Shown here in pieces: positions 40,900 through 51,735 of a stretch of DNA of 64,000 nucleotides. The notes under the pieces are model-generated. The model did no database searches and was not told the DNA's origin. It saw nothing but the letters and a program-made list of their open reading frames with translations. The number at the start of each line of letters is the position of its first letter. Positions within the stretch are counted from its first letter, which is position 1. The position numbers and the translations under genes were made by a program. This DNA comes from Hydrurus foetidus (taxonomy: Eukaryota). The stretch covers positions 1,488,001 through 1,552,000 of the forward strand of contig UYFQ01000001.1 of assembly GCA_900617105.1 (NCBI GenBank), read 5' to 3'.

Positions 40900-41240
40900 T
40901 GAGCACTATCGCCTTTGACGAACCCCAAGCCCTCAAGGCCCTGACCGCCTTGGCCCAGGCCCAACGCCTGCGTGCCTTCAAGGCCCTGGTCGTTGCCGGA
41001 CCCGAGGGTCTTACGCCTGGCATCCTGGCCCAGCAGCTGGACAGCGCCCCAAGCGCCCTGTCCTTTCACCTCAAGGAACTGGCCCACTCCGGGCTGGTGG
41101 ACATTGAGCAGCGCGGCCGCAACCTGATCTACCGCGCCAACTTTGCGCAGATGAACGGCCTACTGGCCTACATGACAGCGCACTGCTGCCGGGGCGAAAG
41201 CTGCGAGGTAACGGACACAGCGATGGGCAAATGCTGCTGA
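40899..41240 (+). CDS. arsR: ArsR family repressor (C-terminal Cys type)
   Basis: ALAQAQRL, LSFHLKEL..SGLV, HCCRGESC. Confidence 0.92.
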   Translation: MSTIAFDEPQALKALTALAQAQRLRAFKALVVAGPEGLTPGILAQQLDSAPSALSFHLKELAHSGLVDIEQRGRNLIYRANFAQMNGLLAYMTAHCCRGESCEVTDTAMGKCC

Positions 41241-41245
41241 GCCCC

Positions 41246-41935
41246 ATGACCACGACCGCCCACACACCGCCCCTGCGTCAACAGCTGCTGGCCGAATTCG
41301 TGGGTACCGCCGCCCTGTTGTGCGCCGTCATTGGCTCCGGCATCATGGCCCAGCGCATCAGCGGCGGCAACGACGGTGTGGCGCTGCTGGCCAATACCTT
41401 GGCCACGGTGTTTGCGCTGTATGTGCTGATTGAGACCCTGGGCCCTGTCAGTGGTGCGCACTTCAACCCGTTGGTCACACTTGTTATCTGGTCAAAAGGG
41501 CTTCTGGCCACTGAAAACAGTGCGCGGGCAGCTACACTTTTCATAGCGTTTCAGCTACTGGGTGCAGTCGCCGGTGCGGCCCTAGCCAACGCCATGTTCG
41601 AGCTTCCCGCCCTGCACCTGAGCCAGCACCTGCGCGGCGGCACAGGCCAGTGGCTGGCCGAGGCCGTAGCCACTGCGGGACTTCTATTCACCATCCTGCG
41701 CGCACCGTCCGGCAAGGCCAGCGCGCTGGTCGCCTGCTACATCGGCGCGGCCTACTGGTTTACCGCCAGCACCTCGTTTGCCAACCCCGCCGCCGTGCTG
41801 GGGCGCATGTTCAGCGACACCTTTGCCGGCATTTCGCCTGCCAGTGCACTCGGCTTTGTGCTGGCGCAATCCGCAGGTGCAGTGCTGGGCGTAGTCTCGG
41901 CCCACGCTCTCTCTCCAAAGAAAACTTTTGTATGA
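41246..41935 (+). CDS. MIP/aquaporin family arsenite channel (AqpS-like)
   Basis: AEFVGT, SGAHFNPL, STSFANPA; located in the ars operon. Confidence 0.9.
   Translation: MTTTAHTPPLRQQLLAEFVGTAALLCAVIGSGIMAQRISGGNDGVALLANTLATVFALYVLIETLGPVSGAHFNPLVTLVIWSKGLLATENSARAATLFIAFQLLGAVAGAALANAMFELPALHLSQHLRGGTGQWLAEAVATAGLLFTILRAPSGKASALVACYIGAAYWFTASTSFANPAAVLGRMFSDTFAGISPASALGFVLAQSAGAVLGVVSAHALSPKKTFV
41493..41547 (+). repeat. Dispersed ~55-bp repeat, in frame inside the aquaporin gene
   Basis: GGGCTTC-TGGCCA-N11-GCGC-GGG-CAGCT-N9-ATAGC. Confidence 0.7.
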
Positions 41936-42351
41936 CCATCACGATTTATCACAACCCCGCCTGCGGTACCTCCCGCAACACCCTCGCCATGATCCGCAAC
42001 AGCGGCGTCGAGCCCACGGTCGTTGAGTACCTCCAAACCCCGCCAACCAAGGCACGCCTGCAGCAACTATTGGCCGCCATGGGCACCGGCCCACGTGACC
42101 TGCTGCGCGAAAAAGGCACGCCCTACGCCGAGCTGGATTTGGCGAATACAAAGTGGACGGATGACGAGCTGCTGGACTTCATGGTGGCCCACCCCATTCT
42201 GATCAACCGCCCGATTGTGGAAACGCCGGCAGGCACACGCCTGTGCCGTCCGTCCGAGCTGGTGCTGGACATCCTGCCCAGCGCTCAGCAAGCCTCCTTC
42301 ACCAAGGAAGACGGCGAAGCGGTGATTGATGACAAAGGCCAGCGTGTCTGA
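41932..42351 (+). CDS. arsC: Arsenate reductase (glutaredoxin-dependent)
   Basis: [30 protein letters not shown]. Confidence 0.96.
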   Translation: MTITIYHNPACGTSRNTLAMIRNSGVEPTVVEYLQTPPTKARLQQLLAAMGTGPRDLLREKGTPYAELDLANTKWTDDELLDFMVAHPILINRPIVETPAGTRLCRPSELVLDILPSAQQASFTKEDGEAVIDDKGQRV

Positions 42352-43063
42352 TTTACAAACCGCCCTGCCCCAGCTGGAAACCGCCCACTTTCGTGTGCCT
42401 GACGCCGCCGCCCTGCGCCCGGTGCCGTCCTCGCACGCGCCGCGCATTGCCCTGCTCTACGGCTCGCTGCGGCCCCGCTCCTTCAGCCGATTGCTGACGG
42501 AAGAAGCAGCTCGCCTGCTGCAGGCCATGGGTGCAGAGACGCGCACCTTCAACCCCAGTGGACTGCCTCTGCCGGACGATGCGCCCGACACCCACCCCAA
42601 GGTGCAGGAACTGCGTGAACTGGCTCAGTGGTCCGAAGGCATGGTCTGGACATCGCCCGAACGGCACGGCGCCATGACCGGCATCATGAAGGCGCAGATC
42701 GACTGGATACCACTGAACAGCGGCGCGGTGCGCCCCACCCAGGGCAAAACGCTGGCCGTGATGCAGGTGAGCGGCGGCTCGCAGTCATTCAACGCGGTGA
42801 ACCAGATGCGTCTGCTGGGCCGCTGGATGCGCATGATCACCATCCCCAACCAAAGCTCGGTGGCCAAAGCCTTCATGGAGTTTGGCGACGATGACCGCAT
42901 GAAACCCTCTGCCTACTTTGACCGCGTGGTCGATGTGATGGAAGAGCTGATGAAGTTCACGCTGCTCACACGCGATGCGTCGCCGTATCTGGTGGACCGC
43001 TACTCTGAGCGCAAAGAGAGCGCTGAGCAACTGATGAAGCGCGTCAACCAGCGCAGCCTTTGA
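42344..43063 (+). CDS. arsH: Organoarsenical oxidase ArsH
   Basis: [37 protein letters not shown]. Confidence 0.96.
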   Translation: MSDLQTALPQLETAHFRVPDAAALRPVPSSHAPRIALLYGSLRPRSFSRLLTEEAARLLQAMGAETRTFNPSGLPLPDDAPDTHPKVQELRELAQWSEGMVWTSPERHGAMTGIMKAQIDWIPLNSGAVRPTQGKTLAVMQVSGGSQSFNAVNQMRLLGRWMRMITIPNQSSVAKAFMEFGDDDRMKPSAYFDRVVDVMEELMKFTLLTRDASPYLVDRYSERKESAEQLMKRVNQRSL

Positions 43064-44436
43064 CCCTCTCAACCGCCATGCGCACCACGTCCGCCATTTC
43101 CAACACCGCACTGGCGGAGGCGCTGAACCACGGTTGCCGCTGCCAGACACTGGACGCAGAGCAACTGCGCCGCGAACTGGGGCGCGATGTGGGCCTGCGC
43201 GAGGTGGCCAGCACACTGGCGCAAACCCACCCGCATTTGTTCTCCAACACAGCGGTGTTTGCCTCGCAGGCCACGGTGCAAGCAGTCCAAAGTGCCGTGG
43301 CAGCCATTGAGCGCACCTTGTCCCTGCCCGCCTGGGCACAGCAGGTCATGCCTGGCGCAAGCGCTGTCGCCCAAATAGACCATGGCCCGCTCGGCGTGTT
43401 CATGGGCTACGACTTTCACATCACGCCCACCGGGCCGCAGCTCATCGAGATCAACACCAACGCGGGCGGCGCCATGCTCAACGCGGTGTTGCTGCGGGCA
43501 CAAGCCGTGTGCTGCGGGCTGATGAACCCGGCGCTCAACGCCTACCGCAACATGGCCACGCTGGAGGACGAGTTTGTGGCCATGTTTCAGGCCGAGTGGA
43601 ACTTGTTCAACCACGCTCGCGGCCAAGAGCGGCGCCCCCTGCGCAGCATTGCTATCGTCGACGAATCGCCGCAAAGCCAGTACCTGGCCCCCGAGTTCGC
43701 CTTGTTTGCGGAGTTGTTCGAGCGCCATGGCATCCCTACCGTGGTGGTAGATCCGAGGGATCTTCAACGACGCAACGGCACGCTGTACGCAGGCGACCTC
43801 CCGCTGGACCTGGTCTACAACCGCCTGACGGACTTTGACTTTTCTGACCCTGCGCACGCTGCGCTGGCGCAGGCCTACATCGACGACGCCGTAGCGGTCA
43901 CACCACATCCACGCGCCCATGCGCTGCGCGCCAACAAGCAGCACCTGGTCACGCTGGGCCAGGCGGCTGCGCTGCAGGCCTTGGGCGTACCGCAGTCAGA
44001 CCAACGCACGTTGCTGACCACCGTGCCCGCCTGCGAACGGGTCACTGCTGGCAATGCGTCTGCATTGTGGGAGCAGCGCAAACACCTGTTCTTCAAGCCG
44101 CTGGACGGCTTTGGCGCACGCGCGGTCTACCGCGGCGACAAGCTCACCAAAAAAGTGTGGGAGCAAATTCAACAAGGCGACTACATCGCCCAGGCACTGG
44201 TACCTCCGCCCGTGCGTGCCATGCAGGTGGGCGATGCGGCGACCGAACTCAAGTTTGACCTGCGCGCCTACACCTATGCCGGGCGGGTGCAGCTACTGGC
44301 GGCCCGCACCTACAGTGGCCAAACCACCAACTTCCGCACCGAAGGCGGCGGTTTCGCGCCTGTCATGTGGGTGCCCGATGGGCCCACGCTATCTGGCCTG
44401 ATGGAAAACCTGCCATGCCACGCCCCCAGCTGTTAG
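43060..44436 (+). CDS. Uncharacterised ATP-grasp (circularly permuted / glutathionylspermidine-synthase-like) ligase
   Basis: DFH...[39 protein letters not shown] motifs; TTGA overlap with the arsH stop. Confidence 0.7.
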   Translation: MTLSTAMRTTSAISNTALAEALNHGCRCQTLDAEQLRRELGRDVGLREVASTLAQTHPHLFSNTAVFASQATVQAVQSAVAAIERTLSLPAWAQQVMPGASAVAQIDHGPLGVFMGYDFHITPTGPQLIEINTNAGGAMLNAVLLRAQAVCCGLMNPALNAYRNMATLEDEFVAMFQAEWNLFNHARGQERRPLRSIAIVDESPQSQYLAPEFALFAELFERHGIPTVVVDPRDLQRRNGTLYAGDLPLDLVYNRLTDFDFSDPAHAALAQAYIDDAVAVTPHPRAHALRANKQHLVTLGQAAALQALGVPQSDQRTLLTTVPACERVTAGNASALWEQRKHLFFKPLDGFGARAVYRGDKLTKKVWEQIQQGDYIAQALVPPPVRAMQVGDAATELKFDLRAYTYAGRVQLLAARTYSGQTTNFRTEGGGFAPVMWVPDGPTLSGLMENLPCHAPSC

Positions 44437-44663
44437 AGCACCCCACCCGCCAGCTGTTTTTCACCGGCAAGGGCGGCGTGGGCAAAACCTCGCTGTCCAA
44501 CGCCTGCCCGGCCTCACGGCAGACCGTATCGACCCCAAGGCCGAGACCGAGAAATACATCGCCAAGGTGATGGCAGCCGAGTGGACGGGTTTGGACGCCG
44601 AGGGTATCGCCCTGCACCGAAGAGGTGGCGGTACTCCACGCGTTCTCGCACATCTTCAGTGGG
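44415..44663 (+). pseudogene. arsA: arsA relic with internal deletions
   Basis: LFFTGKGGVGKTSLS (first Walker A) joined to second-half fragments RIDP.AETEKY and SPCTEEVAV.HAFS in shifted frames. Confidence 0.8.
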
Positions 44664-44780
44664 AATACCGGCACTTCGGGCGCTGGATTCGCTATCAAAA
44701 AGGTAGCGGCTTGTGCGCAGAGCGAAAGGGCCAGGGGCCAATTCCCTTAAATGTTCGCCCAACCCCATCGCCCCCTTCAC

Positions 44781-45383
44781 TCAATCGACCAAGTTGATGT
44801 CCATGCAGTAGAGCAAGCGGGTGGCTTCATCTCTGCTGAAGCTGGCCTTGGACAGGACGTTGTGGAAGATGTCAATGTCGTAGTTCATCGACTCCGTGAA
44901 GTCTGCAGCCGTCAGATCGGTTTTCGCGAACATGCTGCCGGATAGGTCGGAGTAGGAGAAGCGGGCCCGGGGAAAAGCGCCACCGCGGAAGTCCACCGCA
45001 TGCGCCTTGCAATCTTCAACCACCAGGCCCTCGAGGGCCAAACCGGAAAAAGAAGACGCGCTGATGTCGCACTGGCGGAATCGCAAGGCGTCGGCCGACG
45101 AGATTCGCGGCCAGTTGGCCGCTGGCCAGGCCACGGACATGACCTGGCAGTCTTCAAACACAACGCCCAAAAATCTGCACATCGGCACCGCCATCGCATG
45201 GAGGTCACACCGCACGAAAGTGCAATCGACAAACTTGCAGTGCGTAAAGACCGTCTCAAAGAATTGGCAGTCTTTGAAGGTGCAGTCTTCGAATTCGATG
45301 TAGTCCAGCGCGCCGCCCTGCGCAGCTAGGCCCTCAAAGGTTTGTGCACCGTAAAAGTCCTGATCGAAGTGGTGGATGTCCAT
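44781..45383 (-). CDS. Pentapeptide-repeat protein
   Basis: FEDCTFKDCQF, CKFVDCTF, SDLSGSMF..TDLTAADF 5-residue periodicity. Confidence 0.9.
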   Translation of the reverse strand: MDIHHFDQDFYGAQTFEGLAAQGGALDYIEFEDCTFKDCQFFETVFTHCKFVDCTFVRCDLHAMAVPMCRFLGVVFEDCQVMSVAWPAANWPRISSADALRFRQCDISASSFSGLALEGLVVEDCKAHAVDFRGGAFPRARFSYSDLSGSMFAKTDLTAADFTESMNYDIDIFHNVLSKASFSRDEATRLLYCMDINLVD

Positions 45384-45397
45384 ACCAAGCCACACCG

Positions 45398-46105
45398 TCA
45401 GGCCACGATGAGTTCCCAGGCTCGCAGCAAATCCGCCGCTTGCCGTTGGGAAATCACGGCATTGCGGAACAGTTTGGCGTCCAGCACCTTCAGACCGGCA
45501 ATGTCGGTCTCGCGCAAGTCCGCGCCATCAAAACGTGTGAGTTTGGTATGGGCGTCTCTGAGGCTGCCGCCTGTAAAAACGGCGTCGCGAAAGTCGCAAC
45601 CGGACAGATCTGCTCCCGAAAAATCAAGCTCTTTGAGTTGTGCTTTGCGGAACGACATGCTGCGAAGATCTGCACCTATCAGCAAGCAGTCTTCAAACTC
45701 CAGGCCCAGCCCCCCGATTTCCGAAAACACCGCACCGGTGAGTTTGCTGCCCCGAAACAAAGCCGCAGAGAGCTTCGCCCGCCGCCACTTTGTGTTGTTG
45801 AAATCGCAATTCACAAAGCGGGCATCGGTCAAGCCCGCCGACTCAAAGTCGGCCTGCCGTCCACGGCACTGCGTCCACTGGGTTTGGGTCAGGTCAGCGG
45901 CATACCACGAGGCCTCTACCAAGGTGCAGCGCACAAACTTGAAAGCACGCAGGTCCAGACGGGAGAAGTCACCCTCGTCGAGCGTGCAGTCTTCCAGCGT
46001 ACGGGCTCCTCGGCCTTCTGCCAAGATCACCTCCATGGCTTGTCGGGTGATGGTTACATCTCGAATGATTTCATCCGAGGCGGACTCAAATGCTGCTGCG
46101 GTCAT
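45398..46105 (-). CDS. Pentapeptide-repeat protein
   Basis: ADLTQTQW, ADFESAGLTDARF, ADLSGCDFRDAVF, FDGADLR repeats; start at the MTAAAF ATG is inferred. Confidence 0.85.
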   Translation of the reverse strand: MTAAAFESASDEIIRDVTITRQAMEVILAEGRGARTLEDCTLDEGDFSRLDLRAFKFVRCTLVEASWYAADLTQTQWTQCRGRQADFESAGLTDARFVNCDFNNTKWRRAKLSAALFRGSKLTGAVFSEIGGLGLEFEDCLLIGADLRSMSFRKAQLKELDFSGADLSGCDFRDAVFTGGSLRDAHTKLTRFDGADLRETDIAGLKVLDAKLFRNAVISQRQAADLLRAWELIVA

Positions 46106-46144
46106 AAGCTCTGTCGTGTCAAATAATAGGGATTCAAGGCGCAG

Positions 46145-46694
46145 GTGTCGCGCTTGAAAGCTGAAGCAAAGCCGTTGCAACGCAGCCCGCTCTTGGGGCG
46201 ATATCTCATAGATACCCAGAAGGTCCGACAACCACAGGCCATCTACCGCCAACCGCATGGCCAGTTCGTTGGAACCAGGCGCCACGTCTTTTGTCCGACT
46301 CTCGGCCACAAACTGGGCCCATCGGGCAGCACAAGAACGCTCAATCACGCTGGCCGCCAGAATGGCTACCGCCCCCCCGCCATCCGCTTCACGGCTTGCG
46401 CTACGCACCACCGCCCGCACATAAGACCGCGCCTCTGCGCAGGCCCCGCCTCCTGCGCCGACTCCGCCTGGAGAAGCGCCTGGAACTGCGCCACGGCGGT
46501 CTCGCACATCGGCGGCCAGCAGGTCCTCCCGTGTGCCGAGATGGTGCTGAACCGCGCCTTTGGTCACCCCCGCCGCATCGGCAACCGCTGCCATCGACAA
46601 GGCTGAGCCTTCGGCAGAGTAAAAGTGCGGCCGTCGCCAGGAGGTTGGCCCGAACGGCGGCAGGATCTTTGCGACGGTGGTGTGCTTCTGCCAT
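46145..46694 (-). CDS. TetR family regulator (frameshifted; 3' end uncertain)
   Basis: MAEAHHRRKDPAAVRANLL followed, after a shift, by SMAAVADAAGVTKGAVQHH helix-turn-helix; C-terminal RLAVDGLWL. Confidence 0.75.
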
Positions 46695-46847
46695 GCACAA
46701 ATGTAACATGGCAAGCGGAATGTTTGGTACAAAAATCGCCGTGAAACCGGCGCATCCTGCGTGCTCCAAAAACCGGCTATGTGCCGCCTCCGGCGGAGTA
46801 ATCGGATGGTGGTTTGGCAGCCAACGCGCCTCTTGCTGCGCAGGCTC

Positions 46848-47361
46848 CTAGGCCAGCCACTTCTGCATAAACCCCGCCTGCCCCATGGCCGGGTCCAACT
46901 CGTAATAGGCAAAGCCCATGCGCTCGTACAGTTTGCCGCGCCACCATTGCCCAACAGCACTTCCAAGGTCAGTTTGCAGGCGCCGCGCTCCACGGCAATC
47001 TGCTCCACCAGCAGCCAGCACCTTCTCGCCAATGCGCTGGCCGCGGTAGCCGGGCAGCACCGCTACGTCATGCACATTCACCAGCGGCTTGCGGCAAAGG
47101 TGGAGAAGCCTTCCATGCAGTTGATCAGGCCCACGGGCGTGGTGTCAGTACCTCCGACGCAAACGCCAGCACGCTGAAGGCCGGCGGGCGTGCAGCCAGC
47201 GAAGGCACGAGGTTGGCCTTGGCAAAGTCATTCCGGCCCTCGCTACCACCCATGGGGTCGCTGGCATAGGCATCCAGCAGCATGACCAGCGCAGTGGCAT
47301 GCACGGGGTTGGCGTAGTCGGCACGGACCACGCGCACGGTTGCGCCATTCACATTCGTCAT
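46848..47361 (-). CDS. GNAT acetyltransferase (frameshifted)
   Basis: LLDAYASDPMGG, EGFSTF, NVHDVAV.PGYRGQRIG, CKLTLEVL.GN, LYERMGF. Confidence 0.8.
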
Positions 47362-47366
47362 CAGGT

Positions 47367-48687
47367 TTACACCTTCAGCGTATCGGCAATGCCGCTGGGC
47401 GCAACTCAGCGCCTGCGCTGCGTCGCGCGCCTCAACCATCAATCTTAAAAGCGGCTCAGTGCCACTGGCGCGAATCAGCACTCGGCCGGTTTGGCCAAGC
47501 TCCGCTTCGGCGGCCTGGGTTTTCGGCATCGCGTTGCTCGCCCAGTCCTGCCCGGGCTTGAGGCGAACATTGATCAGCGTTTGCGGAAACAGCGTCAAGT
47601 CGCCCAACAGCTCGGCGATGGTTTTGCCGCTGCGCACGCAAGCTTGCAGCACTTGCAGCGCGCTAACCAGGCCATCACCAGTTGTGTGTTTGTCTAGCGC
47701 CAACAAGTGGCCCGAACCTTCGCCGCCCAGCAGCCAGCCGCGCTTTTCAAGCTCTTCGAGCACATAACGGTCGCCCACCTTGGCGCGCACCAGGTCCACG
47801 CCTTTGCGTTTTAGGGCGATTTCAACGGCCATGTTGGTCATAAGCGTGCCGACTGCGCCAGGCACGTTTTCGCCCCGGGCCAGGCGCTCGTTGACCATTA
47901 AATACAGCACCTCGTCGCCGTTGAACAAGCGCCTGTGCTGTCGACCAGTTGCAGCCGGTCGGCGTCGCCGTCTAGTGCAATGCCGTAGTCGGCTTTGTGG
48001 TCTTGACCGCCTGCTATCAGTGCCTCCGGGTGGGTGGCGCCAAAGCCGTCGTTGATGTTGAGGCCATCTGGCGCGCAGCCGATGGCGATGACTTCGGCGC
48101 CCAGCTCGTGGAACACCTTGGGCGCTACCTGGTAGGCCGCGCCATGTGCCGCCGTCGACCACGATTTTCAGGCCCTTCAGCGTCAAATCATTAGCGAAGG
48201 TGCTTTTGCAGAACTCGATGTAGCGGCCAGCAGCGTCGTCTAGCCGGCGGCTTTGCCCAGGCGGCTGAATCGGCCCACACGGTGGCTTCTCCAGCTCGGC
48301 TTCAACGGCATGTTCCCAGGCATCGGGCAGCTTGGTGCCCTGGCGCTGAAGAACTTGATGCCGTTGTCGGCAAACGGGTTGTGGCTGGCGCTGATAACCA
48401 CGCCCAGCTGGCCCGTTGCGCACGGGTCAGATAGGCCACGCCGGGCGTAGGCAGCGGGCCGAGCAGCACCACGTCCACACCGGCAGAATTGAACCCGCTC
48501 TCCAGCGCGCTTTCCAGCATGTAGCCGGAGATGCGGGTGTCTTTGCCGATCAGCACCGTGGGGCGTGCTTCTGTTGCCTTGAGCACGCGGCCCACGGCGT
48601 GCGCCAGGCGCAGCACAAAGTCAGGCGTAATGGGGGCTGACCGACCGTGCCGCGAATGCCGTCGGTGCCAAAGTATTTTCTGGGCAT
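47367..48687 (-). CDS. glmM: Phosphoglucosamine mutase (multiple frameshifts)
   Basis: [60 protein letters not shown]. Confidence 0.92.
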
Positions 48688-48716
48688 GGTTTTCTAGCTC
48701 TTTTTAATGGATTGGG

Positions 48717-49600
48717 TCATGCTGCCATTTTAAGCTTGAGGCCCGCACCGCGTACGGCTGCCCATACTTTGATAGCCTGCACTGTCTCGCGCACGTCGTG
48801 TACCCGCACTACCCGCGCCCCGCGCTCACTGCCAGCACGGCCGCAGTCACGCTGGGCACCATGCGATCGGCGATGTCCATTTGCGCAGTGAGTTCAAGCG
48901 ACGTGCTGCTGACTGCCGCCAGAGACGACTTGCGCGACCAGCCGGCCAGCAGCGGGTAGCCCAAGGCCAGCAGTTCGGGCTGGCGCGCCAGCAGCGCAAA
49001 GTTTTGCTCAACAGTTTTGCCAAAGCCAATGCCGGGGTCCAACACAATACGATCATTATTAACGCCTAGCGCCCGTAATTGTTCAGCTTCATGCTTTAAA
49101 AATAATAGCACTTGCGCTACTACGTCGCCCTGCATCGGCTCGGCTTGCATGGTTTGCGGCTCACGGTACATGTGCATCAGGCACACGCCGCAATTGGGTG
49201 CTGGGCTATCACCTGCTTCGCACCCGCCGGCGCAACGCCCAAATGTCGTTGATGATGTCTGCACCCAGGTCGAGCACCGCGCGCATGACTTCTGGCTTGT
49301 ACGATGTCAACCGACACGGCCACGCCAAGCATGACCGCATGGCGCACCACGGGCAGCACGCGGGCCAGCTCTTCGGCCAGCGGCAAAGGCAGCGCGCCGG
49401 GCGACTGGACTCGCCGCCGATGTCGAGCATGTCTGCGCCGTCTTTCACCAGTTGATCGCAGTGCGCCAACGCGCTGGCATGCCGCTGCCGGGGGCGAAAA
49501 ATTGGCCGCCATCTGAAAACGAATCGGGCGTGACGTTGACGATGCCCATGACTTTGGGTGAAGTCAAGTTAATTTGAAAGCGTGAGGTTTGCCAGATCAT
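48717..49600 (-). CDS. folP: Dihydropteroate synthase (multiple frameshifts)
   Basis: [47 protein letters not shown]. Confidence 0.92.
49056..49109 (+). repeat. Degenerate dispersed repeat, in frame in folP
   Basis: TAGCGC-N11-CAGC-TTC-ATGCT-N9-ATAGC; local AT enrichment. Confidence 0.5.
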
Positions 49601-49672
49601 CAGCAAGTCTAGTGTCAGAATGAAAAAACCCGGGACGAAGGGTTTGTTTGCGTGAACGAATGCAGCAAATGT

Positions 49673-51612
49673 CTACAAATCGCTTTTCGCCGCTGTAGGA
49701 GCTGGGTCAGGGTTAATCGCCGGGTGCCGCCACTTGGGCCGCCGGTGTTACCCGTTGCCGAGCCAACTGACGGGTTACGCGGTGTCCAGTCTTTGGGTGG
49801 CGCGGGTCTTTGCCTGCGATGATGTCGTCAAGCTGGTCGCTGTCGATGGTTTCCCATTCCAGCAGCGCTTTGGCCATGGCGTGCATTTTGTCTTTGTTGT
49901 CTTCGATCAGCTTGCGGGCCACTTTGTATTGCTGGTCGATGATGCGGCGCACTTCGCCGTCTACTTTTTGCATGGTGGCTTCACTCATGTTGTTGGTCTT
50001 GGTCACTGCGGCCCAGGAACACTTCACCTTCGTTTTCAGCATACACCATCGGGCCCAGCGCTTCGGTCATGCCGTAGCGGGTCACCATGTCACGGGCCAG
50101 GCCGGTGGCACGTTCAAAGTCGTTGCTCGCGCCAGTGGTCATTTGGTTCATGAACACTTCTTCAGCAATACGGCCACCGAACAACATGCTGATCTGGCTT
50201 AGCATGAATTCTTTGTCGTAGCTGTAGCGGTCTTGTGCGGGCAGGCTCATGGTCACGCCCAAGGCGCGGCCACGTGGAATGATGGTGACTTTGTGCACTG
50301 GGTCGCACTTGGGCAGCATTTTGCCGATCAGGGCGTGGCCTGACTCGTGGTAGGCCGTGTTCGGCGCTCTTCTTCGGGCATGACCATGCTCTTGCGCTCA
50401 GGGCCCATCAAAATCTTGTCTTTGGCTTTCTCAAAGTCTTGCATTTCAACGGTGCGGGCGTTGCGGCGCGCGGCCATCAAGGCGGCTTCGTTGCACAGGT
50501 TGGCCAGATCAGCACCCGACATGCCGGGCGTGCCGCGCGCAATCACCAAGGGCTAACGTCTTGGCCCAACGGCACTTTGCGCATGTGCACGTTCAAAATT
50601 TGCTCGCGGCCCCGAATGTCGGGCAGCGTGACGTAGACCTGGCGGTCAAAGCGACCTGGGCGCAACAAAGCGGCGTCCAAAATATCAGGACGGTTGGTGG
50701 CGGCCACCACGATCACGCCAACGTTGGTCTCAAAGCCGTCCATCTCAACCAGCATCTGGTTCAGTGTCTGCTCACGCTCGTCGTTTCCGCCGCCCAGGCC
50801 TGCGCCACGTTGGCGACCAACGGCGTCAATTTCGTCGATAAAGATGATGCAAGGTGCGTTCTTCTTGGCGTTGTCGAACATGTCGCGCACGCGTGATGCG
50901 CCCACGCCGACAAACATTTCAACGAAGTCTGAGCCTGAAATAGAAAAGAAAGGTACTTTTGCTTCACCGGCAATACTTTTCGCCAGCAGTGTTTTACCCG
51001 TGCCCGGTGGGCCGACCAGCAGCAAGCCGCGCGGAATGCGCCCGCCGAGTTTTTGAAACTTGGTCGGGTCTTTCAGGAAATCCACAACTTCTTTAACTTC
51101 TTCTTGGCTTCGTCGCAACCTGCCACGTCTGCAAAAGTGACGGGGTTGGTTGATTCATCGAGCAAGCGGGCTTTAGATTTACCGAAACTGAACGCCCCGC
51201 CCTTGCCGCCGCCCTGCATTTGCCGCATGAAGTACACCCACACGCCAATCAACAGCAACATCGGGCCCCAGCTGACCAGCAGCGTCATGAGCAACGAGCC
51301 TTCTTCGCGGGCCTTGACGTCAAACTTCACGTCGTTGGCAATCAGGTCGCCGACCAAACCGCGGTCAAGGTAAGTTGCGGTTGTGCGAATTTTGCGGTCG
51401 TCGTTGGTGGTGGCCACAATTTCGGTGCCGCCCTGGCCTTCAGCGATGGTCGCGGTTTTAATTCGCTTGCCGCGCACTTCTTCCAGAAAGTCTGAGTAGC
51501 CGAGGTAATTGGCGTTGGCCCCGCTGCGCGTATCAAACTGCTTGAATACGGTGAACAGCACCATGGCAATTACCAGCCAGATTGCAATTTTTGAAAACCA
51601 CTGATTGTTCAA
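49673..51612 (-). CDS. ftsH: ATP-dependent zinc metalloprotease FtsH (multiple frameshifts)
   Basis: [49 protein letters not shown]. Confidence 0.95.
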
Positions 51613-51735
51613 GGAGGACTCCGATCAAAAAACGCAAATGCGCTTAAAGCACACATGCGATGCATTTTATGCCTTTCAAGGCCAAAAACTGTATTAATTG
51701 ATGCGCACATCCCTTAGGCCGAAGCGGGTTTTACC

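Noticed and set aside
41650..41931. N-terminal extension of ArsC, and similar extensions of aldB, fadH, phoU and the substrate-binding protein in the ORF track
   Set aside because: Upstream alternative starts overlap neighbouring genes or promoters; family-typical starts lie downstream
45398..47032. 544-aa GNAT-TetR-pentapeptide fusion ORF
   Set aside because: Made of out-of-frame pieces of three genes in a frameshift-rich zone; likely an artefact
47125..48423. GlmM-GNAT fusion ORF
   Set aside because: The glmM stop (TAA 47367) and the GNAT start are present in other frames; the fusion arises from indels
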